Assembly: GCF_036321535.1 (NCBI RefSeq)
Contig: NC_087447.1
Coordinates: 42,100,001 to 42,164,000, forward strand
Reading direction: 5' to 3'
DNA length: 64,000 nt
Source of the DNA: Camelus dromedarius
Lineage: Eukaryota
How positions within the stretch are numbered: the first letter of the stretch is position 1; every line of letters starts with the position of its first letter. The notes beneath the pieces were generated by a model, which was not told the origin of the DNA, did not search any database, and saw only the letters and a program-made list of their open reading frames with translations. Shown here piece after piece: positions 13,026-23,340 of the stretch. A program made the translations under genes and the position numbers.

Positions 13026-13172
13026 GGCTGAGACATCAGCTTCCATCCCCGAATCAGGATCCTAGGACGCTAGGCCCTGCTGATTCATGACTACCCTCTA
13101 AGATGCACTTGGTTGTGGACAGAGGCTGAGACGTCAGCCTGGTCCACGGGCCTTTCACCTTAGGACGCTAAG
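13026..13172 (+). promoter_or_regulatory. Gammaretrovirus-like packaging signal: four GACG-type tetraloop hairpins
   Basis: GGCTGA-GACA-TCAGCT (13026-13041), CCTAG-GACG-CTAGG (13061-13074), AGGCTGA-GACG-TCAGCCT (13123-13140) and CTTAG-GACG-CTAAG (13159-13172). They lie between a splice donor ATG|GTAAGA (12990) and the gag ATG (13211). Confidence 0.8.
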
Positions 13173-13210
13173 CTCTGGAAACCCCCCTGTATCCTACCCT
13201 TGTTTTTCAC

Positions 13211-13340
13211 ATGGGAAACCAAGAGTCTATCCCTGCTGGGACTCCTTTGGGCTGCATATTGGTCAACTGGGACCATTTTAATCTACAAACCCTTAAAAGA
13301 AAAACACATATTCCTTTGTAATGTTGCCTAGCCACAATAC
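13211..13340 (+). pseudogene. gag: gag matrix N-terminal remnant
   Basis: MGNQESIPAGTPLGCILVNWDHFNLQTLKRK, then a frameshift to HIFLCNVA*PQY. Matches the class I ERV matrix pattern (myristoylation MG, PLGCIL..W, FFCN.AWPQY). Confidence 0.85.
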
Positions 13341-13498
13341 TGACTTCCCTGTGAGGAAGCACGGCCTATAGATCAGGTGCAAGAGGCCAAGGCTCAGGAG
13401 AGAGAAAGAAGGAAGGAGGCCAGGCATGCCCAGATGATTGCGACCCTTCCAGGGCAGCCATCATCCTCACGTACCCGGCCCCCAGTAGCCCGGCGCCA

Positions 13499-13681
13499 TC
13501 TACTCTAACTTCCTTCTCCGAACCCTTCTCCTCTAGATTTTGTACCGTCATGAGCGTCACAGGTAAACTGACCTTAAGATTCTTTACTCACCCGCTTTGT
13601 TGTTTATGGGGTGAACACTCATTAGCACATTCTTTCTTATGCATGCCAGAATGCCCTAGCCCACTTTTAGGCCGAGATCTC
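13499..13681 (+). pseudogene. pro: Retroviral protease C-terminal remnant
   Basis: ...HSFLCMPECPSPLLGRDL (ORF 13550..13792), the gammaretroviral protease C-terminal motif; the catalytic DTG is absent. Confidence 0.85.
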
Positions 13682-13970
13682 CCAACAGCCCATGGGATAT
13701 CTTTCCAAGTGGCTAGATCCTACTGCTCGAGGCTGGCCTTCCTGCCTAAGAGTGCTGGGAGCCCTCTCCACTCTCCTGGAGGAAGTTTTTGAGCTAACTC
13801 TGGGGACCCCTATACAAGCATACACTAACCGTCAAGTTTCTGATCTTTTAAAAGGCAAGGGACATCTCTCAGATGCTCGGCTTATTAAGTTTCAGGCATT
13901 ATTATTGGAAAACCCAGATGTCACTGTCTCTGTTTGTGGGACACTCAATCCTGTTACACTATTACCATCA
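13682..13970 (+). pseudogene. pol: pol RT connection/tether remnant
   Basis: GYLSKWLDPTARGWPSCLR...LTLG...RLIKFQALLLENP...TLNPVTLLP (ORF 13692..14093), the gamma-like pol segment between RT and RNase H. Confidence 0.88.
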
Positions 13971-14429
13971 CCAGACGAGTATCTTCCCTTTCACCTATGT
14001 CATGAACCCCTATCCATTTCTTTAGGAGCTAGAACAGATCTCACCTGTTGGTCGGTGAGATCTGTTCACCAAGGGAGCCACATATTCTTGTGAATCTCTT
14101 AGCGATCTGTGATTGCTTTTCAGGCAACACTTCAGTGAGACTGTTTTATTGCCCTAGGGGGGTATGGATAACCTGTTAGATAAACCTTTTTTTTTTTAAA
14201 GTAACTGGCTCTAATCTTTTCTCTTTTTTAGGCCCCCATCAAACTCTTAACACTAATTTAAAATGTTTCTGACATTAGGGTCCCTCTTTTTACTCCTCCT
14301 TTAGTTCACTGGACTAACATTCCTACATCTGCCTTCTAAAACCTAAACCACTAGAAAGCACAGAAATCAATTTTTTAAAGATAATTTTTCTTTTTAAGTA
14401 GGCATGACCCTTGTTTGCCCCCTCCATCC

Positions 14430-14530
14430 CTTGGCTAGGATTAGCTCTATGTATTTGACCTCTGTCTTTTCAACCTTCTTATAAAATGTGTTTCTTCTCA
14501 TCTAGAGTCAAACTTCAAATGGTTATACAA
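14430..14530 (+). pseudogene. env: env TM C-terminal remnant
   Basis: Reads VFDLCLFNLLIKCVSSHLE...KLQMVIQ, similar to the class I env tail FGPCxFNLLVKFVSSR..KLQM. Followed by cagcaggaagtagctagagc and the PPT agagggtgaaa (14726-14736). Confidence 0.65.
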
Positions 14531-14736
14531 AAAGGTAACCAACCAATCAGCCAAGATGGCTTTTATACAAGCCCCTCGATGGACACCGACCCTTTGCTCA
14601 CCACCGGCCCAGGGACAGCCAGCTAGTCTGGGACCCCAAGGAGCTCCATCATCACCCCAGCTCAGCAGGAAGTAGCTAGAGCAGTCCTCGCTCTCTGTGT
14701 TCCCAAGATTTGGTGTCCTGTGACTAGAGGGTGAAA

Positions 14737-15067
14737 TGATAGGTAGTTTAGATAGAAATGAGCACTGGGCAGGGGGATAGGAAGGGGAAAGGAACAATCC
14801 AGAACACACGGAACCTGAGCTGTCCATCAATCAATCAATCAAAGGCCCAGGATATAAAAACAGGAAGAACAAAGGAGCGGTGCTATTTTTCCTCTCTTGG
14901 GTTGGCCCGCTCCCAGTTCTCAGGGGTGGACCACCTTTCACTATTTTTTTTTAACTTCACTAATAAAAATCTTGCTTGTATCACATTTTTAGTCTCAAGT
15001 CAAAAACTCTTTTTTTTTCAGGTGACTAAGAACCGAAGTAATTCTCAGCTCCCTTTTCCCGGTAATA
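14737..15067 (+). repeat. 3' LTR of inner provirus
   Basis: TGATAGG...GGTAATA, preceded by the PPT and followed by TSD GGAC. Confidence 0.92.
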
Positions 15068-15116
15068 GGACCAAGATGACAAGATGATTCTGACCTCCGA
15101 CAGACCCAGAGTCTTC

Positions 15117-15755
15117 TGAGACAGGAGGGAAAGGGGCAGGACACAGCAATTCAAGGAATGACAGCAATTAACACCAAAAGTGGAAGATTCAAATCCCACT
15201 AGGCCTTGAGGATTAAGATGGTGGAAGGTTTGACTTCCCATAGAACTTGAGCTTCATTATATGCTCATTGTAACATATTAGCATGGTAAATAACATGCCC
15301 ACAGGCACCATGACAGTCCCAAGGCTAACCACGAAAGGTCAAAGAGTGGGCGGTGGCCCAAATAAAATCCCAGCCCCTTCCCCAGAGTAGTTGGAATGGT
15401 CCTCCCATTTGTAGGCTTGTGAAGCTACAGAGCCCATAAAAACTGACAACACCACTCCTCCTGGTCGCCTCTCTTGCTCCCTCCTCTTGGGAGACAGCCC
15501 ACACTCTGTTTATGGAGTGTGTACCTACTTTTACGCTAACCTGAGCACCCAACCCCACAGCCTGTGGCCTTTCTCTTGACTGTTGAAACAGCCTACACTC
15601 CATACAGTATGTAACTCTCTAAATAAACCTACATTTACTCAGCTGTGGCTCGTTCTTGAATTCTTTCCTGCACCAAACCAAGCACCCACACCTGGGCTCC
15701 CCCCAGACCTGGGAACCGGCCCTCCTCACGCCTGACATCCTTTTTTCCTACATCA
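15117..15755 (+). mobile_element. ERV1 solo LTR (MER41-like) inserted in the outer LTR
   Basis: Starts TGAGACAGGAGGGAAAGGGGCAGG, has TATA-like cataaaaa (~15435) and AATAAA (~15622), and ends ...ttttcctacatca. TSD not clean. Confidence 0.7.
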
Positions 15756-16118
15756 TTTTTATATGTAAATTTGACTATATTATCATATTAAATGGCACCC
15801 CTACCAACAGCCAGGATAGTCCATTAAGGGCCAAAAAAGGATTAAAAAGGGGTGGCGCGCCATTCCCTTGAAAAAGCCCTGTCCCTTCCCCAGTAGACTA
15901 ATGCACATAGCTCCCCATCATTAGCCTCACTCCTCCTCCCTTTGTCTTTACTCTGTAAAATTAAATTCCTCTCACCAGGTGTACCTGAGAGGTTGGTCTG
16001 TGAACTTAGTTCCTGCTTCTCCATTCTTCAGCCACTGAATAAAGTTTGTGCTGCATTGACCTTAGCTTTAGGTTCGTTGTTGGCTGCTCGAACCCAAAAG
16101 GCAAAAGAACCCATGATG

Positions 16119-18108
16119 GAAGCAACCACAAGGAGCCAGATAGGAGGGGTGGACTTTCAATACAAGCAAACCCCATCCCCCCAGGTGGGTGACGCACAAC
16201 CTGGGGAATAATTATCTTGCAGACGTCTTCCCACAGGTGTGAGTTCTGAGCCCCGTGTCAGGCTCCCCAACCCGGGGGTCCGGCACTGGGAAGGGGAACC
16301 CCCAGAGCATTTGGCTTTGAAGGCCAGCGGGACTTAACTGCAGGAGCCCCACAAGACCCAGAGAAACAGACTTCACTGTTAATGGGCGCACACCAAATCC
16401 CACGCGCAAACCGGGCTGGAGGGCAAAAGCAGTAATTTGATAGGAGCCTGGGCCAGACCTACCTGCCGGTCTTGGAGAGACTCCCGGAGAGGCGGGGGCT
16501 TCAGCCGAGGCTCACCCTGGGGCCGGGACACTGGCGGCAGCATCCCCGGGAGCTACCCGTACTGCGAGGACGCCGGCGTCCGGCTTGGCGGCGCCATTTT
16601 GAAAACCTTCCCGGCCCGGCCCCGCCCCGCAGCCCCCAGGTGCGGCGCTGAGACGCCGCAGGCCAAGCGCCCAACTCAGCACTCAGCCCCACCGCACCCA
16701 GACAGGCAGCCTACAGGCTTCCAGAGCCCACCCTCCAGGGCCTCTGCCTACACACGGCCCTGCCCACCAGAGGGCCAAGACCCGGCTCCACTCACCAGTG
16801 GGCAGGCACCGGCTCTTCCCTCCAGGAAGCCTGCACAAGCCTCTAGACCCGCCTCACCCACCCCGGTGTCGACACTAGAAGCAGAAATCTCGCGGGACTG
16901 AGCCCACCAACAGCAAGCCGGACCCTATGCTGGGACCAGCTGGGCCCTGGCCCTGTCCACTAGCAGGCCAGTGCAACCTTCGGGACACCCTAGACTCCAT
17001 ACTCAGCGGTGTCAAGGACTGGACCCCCACCAATGATACGCAGCGAGGTCTGGGATCCCCGGGTCTTGCAGCCAAACTCCAGGAACCAGCTCTGCCTGCC
17101 AGTCGTCTAGCACTAACCCCGAGAACTGGCTTCACCTGCCAGTGGGAGGGCAGCAGCCCCAAAGTCTTCAGGACCCTAACTCCGCCCACCTGTGAGCCAG
17201 CACGAGCCCTGGGGCCCCTGTGGTTCCACAACCAGCTGCCTAGTAGCCAGGCCCCATTAAATAGCAGCCAGCAGCCTCCTTACAAGTCAAGGCCTGGCAA
17301 CCAACGGGACCAGGGTCCAACCAAGTCTCCCAGATCACCCACCCACATAGTCAGCGTGCCCTAACAGAAGGACCCACAAGGCCCTCTTAGGGGGAACCCC
17401 TTGAGCATATGGCTTGGCTGACAGGGGAGTGCACTGCTGGGACGCATAGGACGTCTCCTACAGAGGGCCACTGCTCCAAGGTTGAGAAACATAAATAAAC
17501 CACCACATACATAAAAATACAAATAGCAACTCAGACAAAATGAAGCAGCAGAGGAATATGTTGTACCCAAAGGAACAAGAGAAAATCCCAGAAGAGGAAC
17601 TAAGTGATGAGGAGATAGGCAATCTACCCAAGAAAGAGTTCAGCATAATGACTGTAAGTGATCAAAGAACTCGGGGGGAGAATGGATGCACAGAGCGAGA
17701 AGTTAGAAGTTTTTAAGAAAAGTATAAAGATCAACCAAACAGAGATGAAGAATACAATAACTGAAATGAAAAATGCACTAGAAGGAATCAGTAGTAGACT
17801 AAATGATTCAGAAGAATGATCTGTGAGCTGAAAGACAGTCAGTAGTGGAAACCACTGCCGCTAAACAGAAAAAAGAGAAAGAAGAAAAGAAATGAGGATA
17901 GTTTAAGAGAACTTTGGGACAACATCAAGTTCACTAACATTCCCATTATAGGGGTCCCAGAAGGAGAAGAGGAAAGGGGCCTGAGAAAATATTTGAAGAG
18001 ATAATAGCTGAAAACCTCCCTAACCTGGAAAACAGTTGCAGCCCAGGAAGCAGAGCCCTAGACAGGATGAGGCCACAGCGGAGCACACCAAAACCCACTG
18101 TAATCAAG
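16119..18108 (+). mobile_element. L1 continuation: rest of the GC/CpG-rich 5'UTR plus partial ORF1; 3'-truncated
   Basis: aaccacaaggagccagataggagggg...gttctgagccccgtgtcaggctcccc...tggctttgaaggccagcgg continues the UTR begun at 12053. L1 similarity ends near 18108. Confidence 0.85.
17540..18108 (+). pseudogene. L1 ORF1p remnant (disrupted)
   Basis: MKQQRNMLYPKEQEKIPEEELSDEEIGNLPKKEF..., later EMKNTITEMKNALEGISSRL and LWDNIKFTNIPIIGVPEGE, with frameshifts and stops. Confidence 0.88.
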
Positions 18109-18789
18109 AGACCACCATAGGCTGCTGGTCAAAGCAGAGGCACGGCAACACGGGACAGGAAATGAGCGCTCAGATGGGGAGGACGGCAGGCTACTGGGCT
18201 CAGGGCTGAACGGAATGGGGGTTGCTAGACAAAGCCTCCCTCTCCCCACGCCTCACGTCCCACTGGCCCTCAGCTGGGCCCTGAGGACAGCTGTTGAGGA
18301 GGTGGACATAAACAGGGTGGAAAACCTTCATTCCTGTGGGTGCACAGCCCTGAGAGTCAGTGTGCTGTGTCTGTGTGGTAGGGATAGAAAAGGAATCTGA
18401 GGCTAGCCCTGGATGGAATGTAGTGTCCACAACAGATTCACCCACTACCCAAGGCCAAAGACTCAGCAACCTCAGAAAGGTCAACGGAAGCTGAGCACAG
18501 GACCAGGGGGGTCAGGGCCATCCTTCCACAGAGGGGTGAAGCGGGGACATGCGACCTGCTTCGCCCTCTGAGTGAGGGAGATAGAAACACACTGAGATAA
18601 AAACGATTGATGTCAAATGCATTTAAAGGACTCAGGAGGAGGCAGGTGGTGTAATGAATCATGTCCGAGAAGAGGGTCAGGTGTTACTGGGTGGATGTGG
18701 CTCGTGCCCTTCCAGGTTCTTCTCTGCAAAGTGCAGGCTTTGGACCAGCTGACCCCTGGGGACTAGCTGCTGCAGCATTCTAGAGGCGC

Positions 18790-19310
18790 TAGTTACAAAC
18801 AGCAAACTGTACAAATCTTGAGCATAAAGTTGGCATATTTTACTTTTGTAACCACTACCCATTTCCAGCATCCCAGAAGGTTCACTTGTTTCCAGTCAAT
18901 AACCACCCTTCCCACCCCTAGGTAACCACAATTCTGACTTCGAAATCCACAGATCAGCTTTGCTGGTTCTGGAAATTAATATAAGTGGAATCACACAGTA
19001 TGCTCTCTGTACTTGGCTTCTTTGCTCAACATAATGTCTGTGAGATCCATCCATGCTGCTGCATTTCTCAGTGATGCTACTTTTTATTAAAGTATCCTTG
19101 GTCTGAATACACCACATTCATCGATTTACTCTCTGTTGACGGGCACTTGGGTTGTTGCCGGTTTGGGTCATCCTGAACGAAGCTGCTGTGGACCTTGTTG
19201 CAGGGTCTCTGGTGGACACGTGCATCCCTTCCCCTGGGGGATCTGCTGTGTGGGTGTTGTCTTTAGCATGAGTAGGTATCACCATATAGCTTCCTAAAGC
19301 TGAGGGGTGA
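18790..19310 (-). mobile_element. Old L1 (L1M-type) 3' fragment
   Basis: ataagtggaatcacacagtatgctctctgtacttggcttctttgctcaacataatgtctgtgagatccatccatg is typical antisense L1M 3' sequence. Confidence 0.75.
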
Positions 19311-20025
19311 ACTTTTACAAGTCTCAGGATGAATATAAATATAAAGAAGGAAGTAGAGGGTGAGTGAGAGGAAAGAAACAGAAAGACACTGAAGTATTCC
19401 CAAGACTGACTCTTTCAATAAATGTTAAGCCCCTACTATGAACTGGTAAAAGCCGGACTGCACTCTTCCCTGCTTCCCCGTGGCTGGCCGTCACCTGATC
19501 CCTGCTCCACTCAGGCAGCTGTGCCTCGCTGGCACAACCCTGAAGGCATAAGGGAGGCTTTGCCAAGTGGAACAGGCACCAGTGCTCTGCGAGGTACACC
19601 CCCAGCGGGGCCATAAATCTGAACACTTGTGCCTCACCAGCTGTGGGATGGTTCTGACAGCCGCTCACTCCCCGTGCTCAAGACTCATGGGAAGAAATCA
19701 AGGTCATGACAGCTTTACATTTCACACTTCAGCAACTTGCATCCCAGGAAGACTTTAAAGCATATCCAAAGCAATTCCTTTCACACCTACATTGGAAAGG
19801 CATTTACAGAGCTTCTGAAGCACAATGCCCCTCACAGTGGGGTGTGGGGTGGGGGCCAAGGCTCCTGCCCTCTGCTCTCTGTCAGCTCACAGAGCACATG
19901 ACCCCTCTCCTTCCACATGCATCCCATTTACACCAAAGAGGTCAAATCCTGGGGTTCTTCTCGAAGAAACCCTGACACCAAGAGCCTGCTGTGTTCCAGA
20001 CCTAGAACCTGCCTTTCTGCATAGA

Positions 20026-20275
20026 AAGCTTTCTCAATCTGGGCACTATTCACATTTGAGCCAGGTAATTCTTTGTATGGGGACTGTCCTGTGAACCGTG
20101 GGATGTTTGGCAGCATCCCTGGCCTCTACCCATCATATGTCAGTAACACTCCCAGTAGTGACAACCAAAAATGTCTCCAGACATCGCTCCTCCAGACATT
20201 TGCTAGACCAAGTGGGCCCACTCAGTCTAGCTTGATCGTGTCTTGGCAAAACCGTCCCCAGCTGAGAACCACTGC
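20026..20275 (+). mobile_element. MER20-like hAT DNA transposon
   Basis: ttctcaatctgggcactattcacattt...cagcatccctggcctctaccca...gtgacaaccaaaaatgtctccagacat...gagaaccactg. Confidence 0.8.
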
Positions 20276-20730
20276 AGCAGAGAAAGAAGTTAAAGCACAC
20301 CAACCAGTGTGTTCTCTCCTCTAGCAGGGAAAGTTCAGCTTTCCAAGACACAGTCAAGCTGGGCTGAATGGGCCTGCTCAGTCCACAATAGGTTTAATCT
20401 CCGCAACCGTGTAAAACCAAAACAAAAAACCACACTGTTTACTCTGGCAAAACTGAAACAAAAACTGAAAGGCATAAAAAGAAAATTCGGGGAAGAAGAG
20501 GTAGGAGGATTTGGAGGTAACAGCAGCAATGAGGGAGAAGTCATTCTTCTAAGTTCCCGTCTGTGAGCTGACACGTCTGCTGTGGTTTCCCACATCAGTG
20601 ACTCAAACACCAAGCCTGAGGCCATAACTAACTTCGTGATAGCATTGGTTTGGGGGTCCAAACTGCAAACCCAGGTTTTCAGGAAGTGTCCCTAAACCCA
20701 AGTCCATCTCATTATATGGAAATATGCGTA

Positions 20731-20762
20731 CACACACACACACACGCACACACACACACACA
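20731..20762. repeat. (CA)n microsatellite, (UG)n on the SWAP70 strand
   Basis: Read directly; one cg interruption. Confidence 0.95.
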
Positions 20763-20819
20763 GAGCCTTACCCTGCTGTTCTATTAAATCAGCTTAAAAT
20801 GTATGCTCTTCTGGTATTC

Positions 20820-20825
20820 TTTATT
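20820..20825 (-). terminator. Candidate SWAP70 polyadenylation signal AATAAA
   Basis: tttatt on the plus strand ~1.1 kb after the stop; a second one at 21062-21067. Usage cannot be shown from sequence alone. Confidence 0.4.
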
Positions 20826-21928
20826 TTCTTACTTAGTTCCTTTTACTAAAAAACAAACAAACAAAAAACCATACAAAATACTTTTAATACATCTTAGAAA
20901 ATTAGCAAAAAATTAAGAAAGTTCAGCAAATTACAGTGTACAATATTTAGGTAAGAATGTTTGCAAATTATAAATATTTTGCTCCCTCTCAACATAGCAC
21001 ATCACAAAAATACATTTTAAAACTTTTTTCATGATAATTCCTAGAAATGATCATATCCGTATTTATTAAGGAAAAGGCCTGATTAGGACAAGCATTCACA
21101 CACTCCTGAAATGTTCTGTACAGTAACTACAAAAGTAAAACCAAGGGGTCTGTCTGTCAGCACGCTGACTGTTGAAACCATTTTAAATATGAGGAGGAAT
21201 TCAGTTAGTATCAAAATATCATTCCAAATGGGATTTACTTAGTTCATCTCTGTGCTGTCTTTGATTCATAAGTATCTGTCTCAACCAATGCGTTGTTTAG
21301 AAGACTTCTGCCTCCTTGAGACAGTGCCGCTGGAGCCAGGGTGCCAGTCGGTCAGGCTGCATTAAACAGAAACCTGCACAACCAAATACATGGACTGTGA
21401 CCACTTAGAACGAGGTCCACATGCGGGAGCAGTGACTTCTCCAGCAGAGCAGCAATGGTCAGAGGCATTCCGCGTCAGCTGCAGGCCACGGCAAGCAGAC
21501 TGGCCTGTCTAGTTTAGAAACGAGCACTCAGAGGAGGAAACTCACTGCCAGGAAAACAACTGGCCAACTGGCTCCAGTCCGCAGAGGTTCCGACACTGGT
21601 GAGCTGAGCGCCCGCTCCCCGCCACACACGACAGATGGAGGGCACCACTGCGTCGTCTGGGCCCTGCCTCCTTCTGACAAGAAACTCAGAGCTAAAGGGA
21701 ATTTCTAGAAGCAGAAGCTTTCAAAGAAAGCGCGAATAAAGCCTGAGGATGTTGACCTTTTTTTTCTCGGGTAAGCCCTTACTTGCAGGCAGGTAAGTAA
21801 GAAGGCTCCTTTAGTACACTGACCCCACAGGAGGCGCTGGAGGAAGGAGGGCTAGAAGCAGCAAAGCCAGGTCCTTTTGTCTTTAGCATCAAGCTTTCCA
21901 GCTCCGCTCGAAACCCACATGGCTCCGC

Positions 21929-22035
21929 TCACTCCGTGGCCTTCTTCCCCTTCCAGCTCTTCTCCCTCTCCTCCAGCTCTGCCTGGGTGAACGCGGCGGG
22001 GCCCCAGTTAGTGATCAGGTGAGCGTTTTTTGAGC
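21929..22035 (-). CDS. SWAP70: SWAP70 exon 12 coding part (107 nt including TGA)
   Basis: tag|GC then [34 protein letters not shown], the SWAP70 C-terminus. Confidence 0.96.
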
Positions 22036-22364
22036 CTAAGAGATAAACACACATCCAACATGGGAAGTATTATATTCTTCAATTAACATTATCATTTTCC
22101 ACAGACAAAAGAGTAACTTTTCTACTTCATTTCTTCTCTGAGGAACATCCATAAAGATCAGACCAGCTGAAACAACCAGAAGATGTACACAAAGGGATTA
22201 ACCAGGCCTTCTTATCTAGCAGAGAAATTTACCCTAAACAGCTGGGTTTCTGTGTATTTGGGCTAAGGGAGTCCTTTTTTTTTTTTTTAAAAAAAAACAA
22301 TTCAACTACACAAATAAAACAGAAAAATGAACTGAATAGCTGATTATTTCAAAGAGTGTGTTAC

Positions 22365-22461
22365 CTGGTTCTATCAATCGAATTAACCCTTCATGCTGGG
22401 CCACTTTGTCCTTCCAGCTCTTGGTCTTACTGGTTGCCATCTCCAGCTTCTTTTTAACTCC
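22365..22461 (-). CDS. SWAP70: SWAP70 exon 11 (97 nt)
   Basis: [32 protein letters not shown](G); cag| and |gtaac. Confidence 0.96.
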
Positions 22462-22708
22462 CTGGAACGAAAGCAGATTTGGGGCTATGCAAACGCACAG
22501 GTAGTTTAAGAGAAATAGCGACGACGGGGGGGCTTACCACACACCTGTGGATTATCTCATTAAGTCCTCACAGCCATAAGTAGCAGGAATCATTTTACCA
22601 TCATTTTTCAGATGTGGAACCCAGGACTCAGAGCCGCTGAGTGACCTGCCTGAGGTCACATGGAGGCCCTAATTCACACTAATTACAGATGAATGTTTAA
22701 GATCCTTG

Positions 22709-23316
22709 TGTGTCAGTTACAGCTTTACCGCCTCTTGGCTCCAAATCTGCCCTTCATTGTCCTGCCTGTGATGACAGGACATTTGTCCCTTGCCAGCTGG
22801 CACCATTTAAGCTTTGTCAGTGGAAGGGCTGGCAGGACACTGGAGGAGGCAGGGGCTCTGCTTCCAGGCTCCACTGCACTCTTTTGGCAGCTCCTGCAGC
22901 ACGTGGGACACCCATGGTACTCATCCCATTGGGTTTTAGTGGCACCTCCCCTGTGGGCAGCTTACACCAGTGCCCCAGAGGGCAGCGTCCCGGTGACAGC
23001 ACCTCGCTGGGCTTTAGTGCCGTCCAGTGGGCCAAGGCCATGCCCTCTACAAGGGCTAGATCACAGCAGTGGGCTTAAGGGGCCCGAGGGGGAAGGGGGA
23101 CCCTCTTCCAGATGTGTTCCTTCCCTGGTGCTCTGGGGGTGCTCCACCTCAGCCCCTGAGGCAGTGGTTGCTTCCTGGGCCTGCCATTCCTGCATTCTTA
23201 CAAGTTTTCTTTGCTGCTTAGCAGGTAATCCCCTGTTACAGTTAATAGCTGTTTATGTTAAACTTTCCCGGTTCAAATTACTGTGTGGTTTCGGTCTCCT
23301 GATTGGACTCTGTTAC
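22709..23316 (+). mobile_element. Old ERVL-type solo LTR in intron 10
   Basis: Starts tgtgtcagttacagctttaccgcctcttggctccaaatc and ends gttcaaattactgtgtggtttcggtctcctgattggac; family not certain. Confidence 0.55.
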
Positions 23317-23340
23317 GCCTCATCACCTGTAAAGACTTCT

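Larger units (their letters stand above)
12402..15067 (+). mobile_element. Internally deleted two-LTR class I (gamma-like, ERV1) provirus, 2666 bp
   Basis: Direct-repeat LTRs at 12402-12777 and 14737-15067; 4-bp TSD GGAC at 12398-12401 and 15068-15071; PBS, PPT and gag/pro/pol/env remnants in the correct order. Confidence 0.93.
12187..16115 (+). mobile_element. Outer ERV1-type solo LTR in three pieces (12187-12401, 15072-15116, ~15756-16115)
   Basis: Starts TGTTGCC. Removing the inner provirus restores aaccagctgggac|caagatgac...tgacctc, a typical ERV1 U3 motif. The last piece carries AATAAA (~16038) and a U5-like ttggctgctcgaaccc. The 3' terminus is not clean. Confidence 0.65.

Noticed and set aside
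13692..14093. 133-aa pol ORF as a domesticated gene
   Set aside because: Only a connection-domain stub with no catalytic motifs; the length is unremarkable for a decayed ERV.
16123..16126. caac as the TSD of the outer LTR (matching 12183-12186)
   Set aside because: It falls within sequence that already resembles the resumed L1 UTR and is not preceded by a clean LTR CA end; likely coincidence or obscured by a small deletion.
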